Part shown: in pieces, positions 1-11,500 of the stretch | Layout: every line of letters begins with the position of its first letter | How positions within the stretch are numbered: position 1 is the stretch's first letter | IMG/VR virus record: IMGVR_UViG_3300011115_000699 | Location: 1-53,643 of that record | DNA length: 53,643 nucleotides | Reading direction: 5' to 3' (one strand) | Source of the DNA: a virus | Taxonomy: Duplodnaviria > Caudoviricetes | Program-made: the position numbers and the translations under genes | Notes under the pieces: generated by a model | The model's input: the letters and a program-made list of their open reading frames with translations, nothing else | Databases searched by the model: none | What the model was told of the DNA's origin: nothing

Positions 1-2
1 CG

Positions 3-542
3 ACAACCGTTACTGCTGCGGTAACAGGACTAGGTTTATCAAGTTCTATTGTCGGTACATCGACTATTTCTGCTAATGGTAGTCAGTTATGTATATGTCC
101 ACCTTGGCAAAACATATACGACTGGTCCTGTGGATGGATTAAGGATCAACAAAGTTGCGTAACAGTACAGCAACTGCCATTCCCATTCACGATACCTGTA
201 TTCCGTTTCTACGACCTGGCGCTTGCTACGTCATCGCACGGTTCACTGTGGACTTACAACACTACACTGATGCCGTTGTATAACGTGGCGGCTACGCTTA
301 CTACAACGTACACATACTCACAGCCAAATGCTGTAGCGTTTAGTTATCCGCCAACAGCGGTATATCTATTTGAAAACGATGGTACGTTAGTAACGTCATG
401 GAATCCATCGACTTCACTAGTCAATGCCTACATTACATGGCAGACATTGACATCAACATTTACTCCTACGGTTACATTGAACAATGCATTCAAAAGCAGT
501 GAAACCCTTGTACTACAATGGAGAAGAGGATCTTGTGACTAA
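3..542 (+). CDS. 3' part of a tail-associated protein (5'-truncated at window edge)
   Basis: Frame is open from position 3 and continues into ORF 270..542; Thr/Ser-rich; stop overlaps next start (TAATG). Confidence 0.6.
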   Translation, partial: TTVTAAVTGLGLSSSIVGTSTISANGSQLCICPPWQNIYDWSCGWIKDQQSCVTVQQLPFPFTIPVFRFYDLALATSSHGSLWTYNTTLMPLYNVAATLTTTYTYSQPNAVAFSYPPTAVYLFENDGTLVTSWNPSTSLVNAYITWQTLTSTFTPTVTLNNAFKSSETLVLQWRRGSCD

Positions 543-3500
543 TGGCAGATAATACACGTAACGCAAATGTAGTTAGTCAAACCTACACGTTTGGCGACAG
601 GCGTTTCATTGGCATAAACACCAACATACAAGCCAATAACCTGGAAGATGGTTACGTGCAAGATGCGATCAATGTTTGGAATGATGGCGGTGCTTTGGTC
701 ACCAGGCCCGGATGGCAAGCGCAACTAACGTCATTGTCTGGTCTTACTTCTAGTTATGAACCTATTGCATATCGCCAAGCAGACAACTCAAGCAACTTCC
801 TCATCTATGCGGAAGGCACCGCTGGTGGTACCACCGCTAACATTCGCAAATTTGTAACAGGCGCAACAACAACAACATTACTTGGAACCGTAACTGCTGA
901 TCCAGCCAAAGTACGAATGGTTCAGTTTGGTAAGTACGTCTATGGCGTACCTGGTGATGGCGGTGGCAACGTATTCCGCACAGATGGCACTACACTTGAT
1001 GTTGTCCCAACAGTAAAGCCAGCGTTTAAAAACGGCACTGACCTGGTTACTCCTAAAGCGACACCACTTACAGCTGCTATAAGACCTATCGCACAAGTTG
1101 CCACATCTGTGACATTTGCTGCATCAAGTTCAACAATTACTAGCACAAATACTTTTGTTGCAAACGAACCAATAGTCTTTGTAGCATCTCTAGATACCGT
1201 GTTGTTAGCCAACACTGTTTACTACGTAAGAGCGACTGGTCTATCTGGATCGTCGTTCTCTGTTAGTGCGACGGCTGGTGGTGCTGCGCTAACCCCAACA
1301 ACATCTGCTACGTACAACGCATTCTCACTGCGCGGAATTGACAATGCTTTGTCTACTGGTTTTGATCCAGTATTCGTATCTAGTCCTGTTGCAACGTCTA
1401 CGGTTACGTTTGCAACGTCAGGTCCAACCCCCGTTACTTGTGCTACGGACGTATCAACATATGTGGGCGTTGGGTCTACAGTTACATTTACAACTACAGG
1501 TACATTGCCTACTAACATTACGGCTGGCGTTACTTATTACGTGAGAACGATTTCAGGAACAGCAATTGCAATTGCTGTGGCACCGACTGGTGCACTTCTT
1601 ACCCCAGCAACTACTGGTTCACCTACGACCACGGCTACGTTTTCCAATGCTGGTGAAGCTGAACTGATTACCAATACAGTTACTACTACCGGTTACACGT
1701 TTGAAAGTGATACGTCTGGGTCAAATCCAAGTACAACTTTCTGGACATCATCAGGTAGTCCTACCGTAAAAACAATCTCTGCTAGTGGATCAAACTGGTA
1801 CGGTGGGTCAGGCAAGATCATATCTTACGATGCAGGAACCAAGTCGTTACTCCTGGATAAAGGTACGGATGCAATAGAGTCGTTCAACAAAGTCGTTCCA
1901 TCTTTTTCGTTTAACAACCAAACGAGAAAGGCTGCACTATTTTTATTCAAGTGCGTCATGTTCAATAACGACTCGCTGACAGCGCCTCGTAATCAATCTG
2001 TTCGCATTACGGTAACGGGCAAAGACAGTGCTAACGCGGCAATACCAGGAGCAGTTTTTACGCAAAACATATCACCCGCTGTAGCAACATCAACAAATGA
2101 CTGGAAAGCCATTAGTGTTGTCGTTGACTTCCGGGCCTGGGCAAGTTCTATAAGTAAAGTATCTGTCAGGTTATCAGTAGGAAACCCAGCGCAAACAACT
2201 GGGTCTGATCAAGGTATTTTCGTAGACAATATATGTTTCTATAGCATTGTTGATCACGTTGTTCCGGATCTATCTAACGCTTTAGATTCACAGAACCTGG
2301 TAACCATCCGCGCCAAGCAGGTGAACGCATCGGTGTCACCACTAGCTGCCGGTTACATCAAAGGTGCAAGTCTTCGTTTCAGCAGTATTACAAAAACTGA
2401 TTTCTCTAAAGAAGACACCATCAGTTTGCGTATGGACTTCCCGACAGCCATTAAAACAAACCTACCATTCCTGAGCTTGGGTTTACAGAACACTGGAGCG
2501 ACGTCTCCTGAGTGGACTGGGTATGGCATTTACGATCCTGACAAGGGATACATGACGTGGAAGATCTATGGCATTTCACAGAGTAAACGAAACAACATCC
2601 AATATATGTATGTTCGATGTGAAACCGAATATCCAGATGTCATCAATAACTCAATACTATTCTCCATTGGAGAACTTGTTTCTAACGGTAACCTTACCCC
2701 TGAGACAGATTATGAGTACACGTTTACCAGGTGGTATAGCAGTGATCAAACAAACTTGCGTCCACCTACGTTTCACGAAGGCACTGTATATCAGACTGGT
2801 TTAGAGACCCTTCCGTGTAATGTAAGCAACTCAATTCATACAACGGCTGCATACAGTAAATCGTCCGTTATACTAAACCCACAAACTGTCCCTGCTGTTG
2901 ATCTAGAATGGGACACGTATCCGCTTGTAGTATCAGCAACACCCAGTGAGTTTGTTACAGATACTATTCCAGCGTCTAACCAACTATCTGTTATTTCAAC
3001 GTCTTCTGGAACGCTAACATACACAGATTCAAATGGCGTTACTGGACGTACAATTGTATTAACTGCGAATGTACCTGCGGTACTCTCCTTCGCTATCAAA
3101 AACGTAACGGCGTTTACTGGCACAGATGCTGTATGGCTTAGGCATAATCCAACATACACAACATCTGCAGCGTACAAGTATAGTCATATCTTGGTTTATC
3201 GTCGTGCAAACGGAGTGTTTCCAGACGGACGGTTTAGACTTATTGCAGTAGTACCTATTAGTGCATCGAGCAGTGGTACTAACTGGACTTCAACAGTTAC
3301 ATCTGTTACTACGTCTGGTACTTGGAACGAGATTACGTTATTCGATAACGTCCCTGATGGAGACCTGTTTTACGAAGGTGCGCCCTACGACCAAGGGCAC
3401 TTCCTTGAACCAGGTCGCGATCAATTCCCTAATGGATGTACGTCTCTTGCTATACATCAGAAACGCTTGTGGGTATCTAAAGGTAATACTGTTTATGGAT

Positions 3501-4819
3501 CCTGGGTTCTAAACTTTGGGAACGAGTATTCCTTGTACACAACCTTGGTTCCGGATGCAACCGACCCTAACCATGATTTTAAAGGAACCAGTTTTACTCT
3601 GTCATCTAAGTTTGACAATGAGAAGATTGTTACTTTGTTGTCGTACGGTGGCGATCAGATGTTCTTCAATAACAGCTCTAGTGCTGTTATGTTGGTCGTA
3701 AGAGAAAGAAGTATATACCCTCTGTTAGGTTGGGATCCGTCCACATTTACTATTCAGTCAATGATTACAGAAGCGTCTACTGGGTGCATATCGCCCAAGG
3801 CGGCTATGTCCGTTTTTGGTAAGTTAATGTGGCAGAGTCCAATTGGTGTAGTTGAGTTTACCAATGGAACCATTGCTCCAAGAAGTATGGAATTGCGCAA
3901 GATGTTGTCTATGGATAAAGCAACTGGCGCCCCAGACTTAACAGCGGCGGCATATCGCGGAATAAGTTACGCCATCCATAACGGAAGGCTGTTTATCTTT
4001 GCGCCTGGCGTTGGTGATTCTGTAAACACGTATATCTACGTTTTTGACACGCGCACCAATGGTTGGACTAGGTGGAGGACTATTCCTACTACGTCAACGT
4101 ATGGCACTGTACCAAGTGCATTCCAAGGGTTTACTGGTGGTGTATCCATGAGTTTTGGCAATGACACAGCCGACTTCTATGCACTTGGAACCAATGGTCA
4201 AATCTACAAACTTGCAAGCACCGTGGATATGCAAACCACAACTCTGACAAACCCAATCTATTGGTCGCTGACTTCTCGTCAATATGGTCAAACATATAGT
4301 GAAGGCATTGCATACTACAATCAAAACAAAGTGTCGCAATTAAACTGTCATATGTTTACGGGTACCGGAGTAACCGGAGTAAGTGGAACCTTCTCTGGTC
4401 CAACAGTAACCGCGACAAACACGTTTAAGGCAAACGACCTGGTACGACTCAGTAAAAACGTAGTTACTAACGCAACTGAAAACACGTATTACTTGGTGTC
4501 GTCGGCAACTGGTTCGTCATTTGTTGTCAAAAACCTGGACAACTCTGCTATCTCGTCCGCAGTAACAGGATCGATTACAGCGGAACATGGCTTTGCATTC
4601 GGGTGGGCTGTTCAAGATGAGAGCGGCATAAACAAACACGGGACAGGAACCTGGTATGTGCCAATCAACTTCAACCGCACGTTTGCTATCCGTAGCCTCA
4701 ATAGAAACACACTTGCTACAGTCATGCAGATAAACCTTTACGGTTGGTCTAACACGGCTAACCGGCTGTATGCATCACACATCCATTGTGCGGATGCAAG
4801 AATTGCAAGGTCGCTATAA
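542..4819 (+). CDS. Tail tubular/nozzle (P22 gp10/T7 gp12-like) protein with inserted beta-rich domains
   Basis: 1425 aa; N-terminal GxN..N..GALVTRPG, C-terminal propeller-like segments (HQKRLWV, TGCISP, YVFDTRTNGWT); inserted TVYYV..SFSVSATAGG repeats; lies before the ejection genes. Confidence 0.6.
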   Translation: MADNTRNANVVSQTYTFGDRRFIGINTNIQANNLEDGYVQDAINVWNDGGALVTRPGWQAQLTSLSGLTSSYEPIAYRQADNSSNFLIYAEGTAGGTTANIRKFVTGATTTTLLGTVTADPAKVRMVQFGKYVYGVPGDGGGNVFRTDGTTLDVVPTVKPAFKNGTDLVTPKATPLTAAIRPIAQVATSVTFAASSSTITSTNTFVANEPIVFVASLDTVLLANTVYYVRATGLSGSSFSVSATAGGAALTPTTSATYNAFSLRGIDNALSTGFDPVFVSSPVATSTVTFATSGPTPVTCATDVSTYVGVGSTVTFTTTGTLPTNITAGVTYYVRTISGTAIAIAVAPTGALLTPATTGSPTTTATFSNAGEAELITNTVTTTGYTFESDTSGSNPSTTFWTSSGSPTVKTISASGSNWYGGSGKIISYDAGTKSLLLDKGTDAIESFNKVVPSFSFNNQTRKAALFLFKCVMFNNDSLTAPRNQSVRITVTGKDSANAAIPGAVFTQNISPAVATSTNDWKAISVVVDFRAWASSISKVSVRLSVGNPAQTTGSDQGIFVDNICFYSIVDHVVPDLSNALDSQNLVTIRAKQVNASVSPLAAGYIKGASLRFSSITKTDFSKEDTISLRMDFPTAIKTNLPFLSLGLQNTGATSPEWTGYGIYDPDKGYMTWKIYGISQSKRNNIQYMYVRCETEYPDVINNSILFSIGELVSNGNLTPETDYEYTFTRWYSSDQTNLRPPTFHEGTVYQTGLETLPCNVSNSIHTTAAYSKSSVILNPQTVPAVDLEWDTYPLVVSATPSEFVTDTIPASNQLSVISTSSGTLTYTDSNGVTGRTIVLTANVPAVLSFAIKNVTAFTGTDAVWLRHNPTYTTSAAYKYSHILVYRRANGVFPDGRFRLIAVVPISASSSGTNWTSTVTSVTTSGTWNEITLFDNVPDGDLFYEGAPYDQGHFLEPGRDQFPNGCTSLAIHQKRLWVSKGNTVYGSWVLNFGNEYSLYTTLVPDATDPNHDFKGTSFTLSSKFDNEKIVTLLSYGGDQMFFNNSSSAVMLVVRERSIYPLLGWDPSTFTIQSMITEASTGCISPKAAMSVFGKLMWQSPIGVVEFTNGTIAPRSMELRKMLSMDKATGAPDLTAAAYRGISYAIHNGRLFIFAPGVGDSVNTYIYVFDTRTNGWTRWRTIPTTSTYGTVPSAFQGFTGGVSMSFGNDTADFYALGTNGQIYKLASTVDMQTTTLTNPIYWSLTSRQYGQTYSEGIAYYNQNKVSQLNCHMFTGTGVTGVSGTFSGPTVTATNTFKANDLVRLSKNVVTNATENTYYLVSSATGSSFVVKNLDNSAISSAVTGSITAEHGFAFGWAVQDESGINKHGTGTWYVPINFNRTFAIRSLNRNTLATVMQINLYGWSNTANRLYASHIHCADARIARSL

Positions 4820-5262
4820 TGTCAATAGACATCCTCTATCCTGATGACTCATCAGCAAACAGTACTGGCACAACCGGCAGTGGATCACTCAATGGAGTCT
4901 CTGGTGTAAGCATAGAAGAGACTACTATTTTTGGTACACCTCTGTTGCCATATGCGCCGGTCAACATGATTACCAAAGTTGTAACAGCATCTGAGACGTT
5001 TGTAGATGCACCGCTATTGTTAATGGTAGACGCTAGTGCGGCAGCTGTAACTATCACGTTACCGCCCAGTGGGTCTGGGGTTGGTAAACTGTGCGTAGTA
5101 ATGAAAACAGATTCGAGCGCCAACACTGTAACTATCAACGCTGTATCTGGTGAGACAGTCTATAAGTTGTCTTCGTTTACAAACCTATCATCGCAGTATC
5201 AAGCAGCGATGTTTATCGGTATCAAGTTTAGTACTTTCAATGGATGGGCAAAGGTAGCGTAA
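4819..5262 (+). CDS. Small virion structural protein
   Basis: ATG at 4819 coupled to upstream stop; VDASAAAVTITLP..KTDSSANTVTI motif common in phage tail proteins. Confidence 0.55.
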   Translation: MSIDILYPDDSSANSTGTTGSGSLNGVSGVSIEETTIFGTPLLPYAPVNMITKVVTASETFVDAPLLLMVDASAAAVTITLPPSGSGVGKLCVVMKTDSSANTVTINAVSGETVYKLSSFTNLSSQYQAAMFIGIKFSTFNGWAKVA

Positions 5263-6692
5263 TGAGTACATATGGGCCAGGACAGTTTTATTATCCAGGA
5301 GAAGAAGATACTTACGGATTTGACCAGCAACCTACAATTAATGTAAATCAAATGAGGAATGGCGTTCAAGGCGCCGGTATGGGAATGATGGGTGGTGGCG
5401 GTCAGTTTAAAAACATTAACCGCGCACTTGGCACACCTATGGGTCGCATAGGCGGTAACGCCGTGATGGGTATGCTTGGAGGACAGAATCCAGGGCAAGC
5501 ACTCATGGGTGCTGGTATGGACTTTGGTAAGAACTCCTTGATGAAGTACGGCGCCAAGCAGTTGCTTGGTGGTGCGCTTGGCGGTCAAGCCGCTGGATTC
5601 CTTGGCGGTCCGTACGGCATGGCAGCGATGGCGGCAATGCCTTTCTTGTCAAAGGGTTTTAGCAGCCTGGGTCGATCACTTGGCATTGGTAAGCGCAGTG
5701 GACCATCGCAACAGCAGTTGGCTATGGGTGAAGCCAAGAACAACATGATGGGTATGCGCGGTACGTTTGGTGCAGACATGGGCGCAGGACAAGCACTTCG
5801 CGATAAGTACAACCCAATGCTCGAAAACCAAATCGGGCGTATGCAAGAACTTGCTGATCGAGGGTTGTCTACCGAATACAACACTCGTCAGATGGCTGGA
5901 GCCGCCGCTAACACTGAAGCCGCACGTAGAGCTGCCGAAGCACGTATGAAGGCAACCAGTGGAATGATGGGTGGAGGTCAAGCGTTATCTGGGTTTGGTG
6001 GAATCAACCAGGCTGCAATTGGCGCCCAGGCTGCTGGTGGCTACAACGCCGCGCAGAACAACATGAACTCACAACCTGGTTACATTCAGGCATTGGCTGG
6101 CATGGCTGGTTCACAGATTAACCGTGGTGACAATTACTACAATCAAGGTCGATCAGGAATGATGGGCTTAGATCAAAACCTGTACAACCTTAACGCACAG
6201 GAGAAGGCTCGTGCTGATGCGATGTCTCAGCAGAACCGAGATCGAGAATCCCAGATGATTGGCGGCGTGATGAATATGGCTGGTACAGCCGCTGGTATGG
6301 AGCAATCACGTAGGCAAAACCGTGACTACATGAGTGCGTTATTCCCGCAATCATCTGATTCTACTGGTAAACCTACGAGAAGCAGTGGTGGGTTCCAAGG
6401 GATGCCTGTTACTGCTGATGGTCAACCTGACTACGACCTTATGCAATCTCAAGGTATGGTCAGTACGATAGACGATATGCCTCCGGCGCAACCTCAGATG
6501 GATATTAGGATGCCTCAATATCCTGGAGTCGCACTAACTGGTTCTAATGCCGGTGGATATAGATACGATCCGAATGGTGGTCAATTTTACGACCCAGGAA
6601 TGGGAATGGAAGATCCAAGCCAAAACTATCAACAATCAGATGATGGATATGGTTATGATCAATATGGCCGAAGAGTTTGGATGGGGTATTAA
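5262..6692 (+). CDS. Internal virion/ejection protein 1 (Gly/Met/Gln-rich)
   Basis: Coupled ATG at 5262; Gly/Ala-rich hydrophobic stretch and helical Gln-rich region; position typical of podovirus ejection proteins. Confidence 0.6.
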   Translation: MSTYGPGQFYYPGEEDTYGFDQQPTINVNQMRNGVQGAGMGMMGGGGQFKNINRALGTPMGRIGGNAVMGMLGGQNPGQALMGAGMDFGKNSLMKYGAKQLLGGALGGQAAGFLGGPYGMAAMAAMPFLSKGFSSLGRSLGIGKRSGPSQQQLAMGEAKNNMMGMRGTFGADMGAGQALRDKYNPMLENQIGRMQELADRGLSTEYNTRQMAGAAANTEAARRAAEARMKATSGMMGGGQALSGFGGINQAAIGAQAAGGYNAAQNNMNSQPGYIQALAGMAGSQINRGDNYYNQGRSGMMGLDQNLYNLNAQEKARADAMSQQNRDRESQMIGGVMNMAGTAAGMEQSRRQNRDYMSALFPQSSDSTGKPTRSSGGFQGMPVTADGQPDYDLMQSQGMVSTIDDMPPAQPQMDIRMPQYPGVALTGSNAGGYRYDPNGGQFYDPGMGMEDPSQNYQQSDDGYGYDQYGRRVWMGY

Positions 6693-6694
6693 TT

Positions 6695-8470
6695 ATGGCA
6701 GTATCTTCTGGATTTGGAAGTGCATTTACAGGTTTTGGTTCTGGTTATCTAAACGCTTTGCGTCAAGGACAGTCAGAGCGCAGTAACCTTATCAATGCCA
6801 AAATCAGACGCGAAGAAATCAATCGCAAGGGTCTTGAAGATAAAGCGAATAGCGAGTTTCGCAACCTTCAAAAAGCGTATATGCTTAAAAACCAAGAGGC
6901 ATCAACTCAGTTCAGGACTGATCAAGCGCAGACCAGTAAAGATAAGTTACGCAACCAGACGATATACAACGCGACTCGTTTGATGACTGCGCATATGCCA
7001 CGCTTGAACAGCATTACTGATCCGCAGCAGGCTGAAGCAGAACGTGCGGCTGTACGTAACTCAATTGGTTCCATATTGAGTACGTCAGGCAACTTTAAGC
7101 CAGAAGAGATAGATAGTATTACTCAATCCTGGTTGCCATCTATTGGGTCAGCAGTGCAAGGTTCAAGGCAAACGGTTAATAGGCTTGGTGATATTGACCC
7201 AACGAAAACCAAAGACATCAACTACGCTGACGCTCTCAAGCAATTCGGTGGACTAAAGCCAGGGCGCAACATTATGCCTGGTGTAGGACCTGATGGTGCG
7301 CCAATGGCACAAGACATCAATGTCACAGCACGTGACCCGTTTGCTGTGGCAGCGGCTGGTGCTGGCAACTTTGCAGATAATGCTCCAGCTCCGATTGCTA
7401 AAACAAATGACTTTTTGCAAATGGCTGCGGATCCTTCTGGACTTAGTGGATTCACTAAATTTATGCAAGGTCCGAGGGATGCCAGGGGTAACGTAGACTT
7501 CCAAGGTCAAGCTCGTCCTGACCAACGCTTTGATGCTACAAGTACGCCACGTGAAGTTTATTCCGAACAAGTTCCGGTTACAGCACGTACTGGACTAAGT
7601 GACGTTGACCAGGCTAAGGTTGACTTCTCAAATGCAAACACTGCTAGTTTGACTCAGCGTACAGAGTTTGCAAAAAGAGCATTCCCGCTTGAGATGCAAA
7701 AGATTCAGGCGTACGTCAACAACACCTACGACATGATTAAAGACAGGAAAGTTGCTAACGCATTCAAGGAGAAAGAACTTAATTTCCGTCTGCATCAGTT
7801 GAGTGTTCAGTCTGACTTGACACGAGCTGGTCACGCTATTCAAAGAACAGCAAACGACATTGCGCAAGGACGCTTATCTGTGTCGCAAGGCCAACTGCAA
7901 CTAACTCGTTTGATGCGTCCACAGGAATTGATGGGTGGTCTAGATCGAACCATTACTATTTCAAGGCAGTTTCTTACAGAACAGCAAACCGCTAACAAAG
8001 GTAAGAAAGAAAGTCCAGAAATGGCTGCGTTGCGTGGTCAGATTACTAGTATGGAAACGGCAAGGCGTGACCTTGATAGGTTTAGTCGTCAATCCACAAC
8101 TGATCCAAAGGCATGGCAGGACATTGCACAAAGAGTCCTTGCAGTGGCTGATGCAACCAATACATTGCCTAATGGCACTAGGTTGATTGATAAAAAGACT
8201 GGGCAAAGGATTGAAGGTCCTGCTCGTGATCAAATGTTGTATGACGCAATCGACCAACGGGGTCGAGCAATGCCGTTTATGCCACAAAACTCAATGTACC
8301 GTGGTGGTTACGAAAACCTTCCTGGCACATTTGGGCCGAATATGGCACCAGACTTTGACTACGGCGGTAGTGAGGGATTTGGAAATATACCTTTCTTTGG
8401 TGAAAGCCAACTTCCGCCAACTGCTGGAGCATACGATCCTCGCTTTGATGATATGGGTCGCACATTCTAG
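6695..8470 (+). CDS. Internal virion/ejection protein 2
   Basis: N-terminal GFGSAFTGFGSGY followed by coiled-coil-like sequence; between the other two candidate ejection genes. Confidence 0.55.
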   Translation: MAVSSGFGSAFTGFGSGYLNALRQGQSERSNLINAKIRREEINRKGLEDKANSEFRNLQKAYMLKNQEASTQFRTDQAQTSKDKLRNQTIYNATRLMTAHMPRLNSITDPQQAEAERAAVRNSIGSILSTSGNFKPEEIDSITQSWLPSIGSAVQGSRQTVNRLGDIDPTKTKDINYADALKQFGGLKPGRNIMPGVGPDGAPMAQDINVTARDPFAVAAAGAGNFADNAPAPIAKTNDFLQMAADPSGLSGFTKFMQGPRDARGNVDFQGQARPDQRFDATSTPREVYSEQVPVTARTGLSDVDQAKVDFSNANTASLTQRTEFAKRAFPLEMQKIQAYVNNTYDMIKDRKVANAFKEKELNFRLHQLSVQSDLTRAGHAIQRTANDIAQGRLSVSQGQLQLTRLMRPQELMGGLDRTITISRQFLTEQQTANKGKKESPEMAALRGQITSMETARRDLDRFSRQSTTDPKAWQDIAQRVLAVADATNTLPNGTRLIDKKTGQRIEGPARDQMLYDAIDQRGRAMPFMPQNSMYRGGYENLPGTFGPNMAPDFDYGGSEGFGNIPFFGESQLPPTAGAYDPRFDDMGRTF

Positions 8471-8495
8471 TGCGTAGTGTTTGGAAATGCCCGAC

Positions 8496-8513
8496 TGGTA
8501 AAATCTGAATATG
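8496..8513 (+). promoter_or_regulatory. Extended -10 (TGG-TAAAAT) 6 nt before ATG, leaderless-type promoter
   Basis: TAAAAT 8499-8504, ATG 8511, no SD sequence. Confidence 0.5.
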
Positions 8514-11500
8514 AGTAACGAAAAGCCTTTGACTAAAGACCAGCAAGTTGAGAAAACTGCACAGTCTCTCCAAGCAAGGTATGGATTCAACACGCTAAGT
8601 GGTCGAACAAAGGCTTTGTACGAAGGCTCTAAGCACGATGACATCTTGTTTAGTAAGAAGTACAAAGATACTCTTATGCAGTCCAAGAGAGACGGCCTTA
8701 TCAGTTCTAAGGATGCCCAGCGTATTGGCTCCTATATGGCTGAACGTGCTGTTGAACTTGCTAACAATGGTCAGGCTAGTGGGTTTACTCCAGAGGGTGA
8801 ATATAAGCCTTGGGTTTCAAAGGCTGATATGCGTAAGCAACGCCAATCTGCAAAGGCGCAGTATGGCGAAGATATACAGCAGGTTGCAGCAGCTGATCGC
8901 GCTCAGATGCAATCTATGGGATTCAACCGTAGTGATTTGGAAAATCAAGGATATAAACTTCCTGAAGGTACTCCATTTGCTAGTGGTTACGAGATGCCTA
9001 TTACAGGTGCTGGGTTTGCTAAAGATCCTTTACATGAACTTGGCATATACGGACAAACAGCAGCTCAAGGCATAGTTGGTGGACAACAAGGCTTGTCTCA
9101 AATACCGCAAGCCCTTGGTGCCAGGATGATGGGGCAAGACCCATCGGCTGTTGTACAAGAAGGTACACCTGGCTTTGAAGCAGGACAAGTAACAGGTCAG
9201 CGGTTTGCTGGATCTGTAGCCGCCCTGCCAATCACCGTACCCGCTATGTCTGGTGGTGGTGCTGCGGGTAGTGCTATTGGTGGCGGTATCGGTGGATTGC
9301 TTGGGCCTGGTGGACGTGTTGCTGGTCAAGTTATTGGTGGTTTCCTTGGTGGCGCAGCCGGTGCATACGGTGGTCACTACTTGGCTAACCTTGCTGGCAC
9401 AGGCGCGATGAATATGTTGCTTGGTCAGGCAGCAAACGCCAAACTTAGCCAGAAGCAAAACGAGATGGCAGATAAGTATCCGCTTGCCGCTCGTTACGGT
9501 GAGAGTGCGCTTGAAGTTTCTATGTTTGCGCCACGCATCAAACCGGAAGGATTCAGCACTCGGCTGGCCGCGCAAGGTTATAAGCAATCAGGTTTGGGTG
9601 GTCTTAGACAAGGTATTACTGATCAAGGTGCATTCCTAAACAGTTTTGTTGAAGGTGGCGGAGAAGGCGCCTTGTCTCTTTGGCAAGCAAAGAAACAGTC
9701 CGATCGAGAAAAAGAACTTGGTATGCCGGGTAAGTCTGCAATGGACATACTTGCGGAAGGTGCCTTCGGTGCGCTCTTCCAAAAAGAAACCAAGTTTGGT
9801 AAGAAAGTATTTGGCACACTTAGTGGTCGAGACTTTATGGATAATCGTGCTAATGCAATGCCACAATTCAACCCAACTAGTGTTGAGGGATTAGCCGGTA
9901 AAGCAGCAACAGCACCATCTACAGGTGTAGATACTGCCACGATGACTCCGGAAGGCTGGAAGCGTATCAACCTGGGCGGTCGCATCAAGGGTGGCGTAGA
10001 CAAAGAAGGTAACCCGATTGTAACTGGCGCACGGTATGCGGTTTACAATCCAACCGAACGAAAAGCCAGTATTTACACAGATAATGACTTTGCGTTGACA
10101 GGAGAGCGCACTCGTAACGCAGCGTTCAACCTGACGGTTGCTGACAACCTATTCAAACATAACCCCATCATGGGCTATAAAGACCCTGTAGAGGGCGTAC
10201 AGCGCACCATATTGGGTATTACACGTGACGCTGGTGTCCGCGTCCGCGATATCAACAATGACCTTACGTCAACAATCAAGGTTGTCCCGCTATCTGAGAT
10301 TCGTGACAAGAAAGTTGCCAAGCGTATTGACGAGGTAATGCAGGAGCAAGGCGTTCTCGCAAACAAAGCTCCAGCACCTCACACACCTGAAGCATTCGCT
10401 AACGCCGATAAGATTGCATTCCCAGATGAGGTTGCGCTTGATGAAGGCGCCCCAGTTGCAGCTCGCGTGGTATCGCAAATCGGCAAGAAGAGCAGCAATA
10501 TGTATGTTGTTGCTTTGCCTGATGGTTCACACATTCGTGCTAACGGCGGATCTATCAATGTTGGTAAGCCAGGTTCAGTCCTTGTAAGAGGTAAGTTGTC
10601 GGAAGGAATGTTCCCAACATCTTTGTCAGACTTGGTAGCACCAAAGGGTGGACTTGAGAATCAAGCATTCATCAAAGATGGCGAGGATTTTCATCACCTA
10701 CAACTTACGCCTGATCAGAAATCTATTTACGCACGAGTAAAGAATAGTTTCGCAGCAGAAATCCGCGCTGCTAAAGACGAGCCGGATGATGCTCGCCGTG
10801 AAGCAATGATTGGCATCGTAAAGAACAAGATGGGTGAGGAGTTTGCGCGTGTTGCAACAATTGCTGCTCCATCTGGCAAGTTTAAAGATGCGGACGTTAT
10901 TGATATCAACCTGGAACAATCCAAATTCAAAGGTGTTCCACAAACGGCTATTGTTGTTGGACGTAATAAGTTTGGCTATCAAGTAAGACTTGTTGACCAC
11001 GACGGCATTGGTGAGTTTACTGTGCCTGAATCCCTTATTGCTGGTTACGACCCATCAATGGGTATGCCAGACGCTGAGACAAACTTTGAAGGTCCTACGG
11101 CTGATGGCGCGATGCCTAAGTCTGCTATGCCTGGGCCTGGAACTGTTCCTATTGGGCGACCACTTGGTCCAGGCCCACGACCAAAGGTTGCAACATCTGT
11201 AGTACGCGAAGGTGACTCACCAACCGTAGATACAAACCCTGATGCTGACAATGTAGATTTCCATGAGTTGCCTGAGCCTATTCGCGCACGTATCAACAAT
11301 ACACTCACGCGGCATGGCGATCATATCAAAGGGCTTGGTATCGGCAATGCTATTACCATTAATGAAAACTCGGCTAACGCTATACACGACATCACGATTA
11401 AACGTATTGACCCAACATCGTGGCAGTACACGCTTCGTACGTCCGATGTAGATCCAAAGAGTCGTGTTGTCACCAATCAATTTGTCAGTGATTACACACT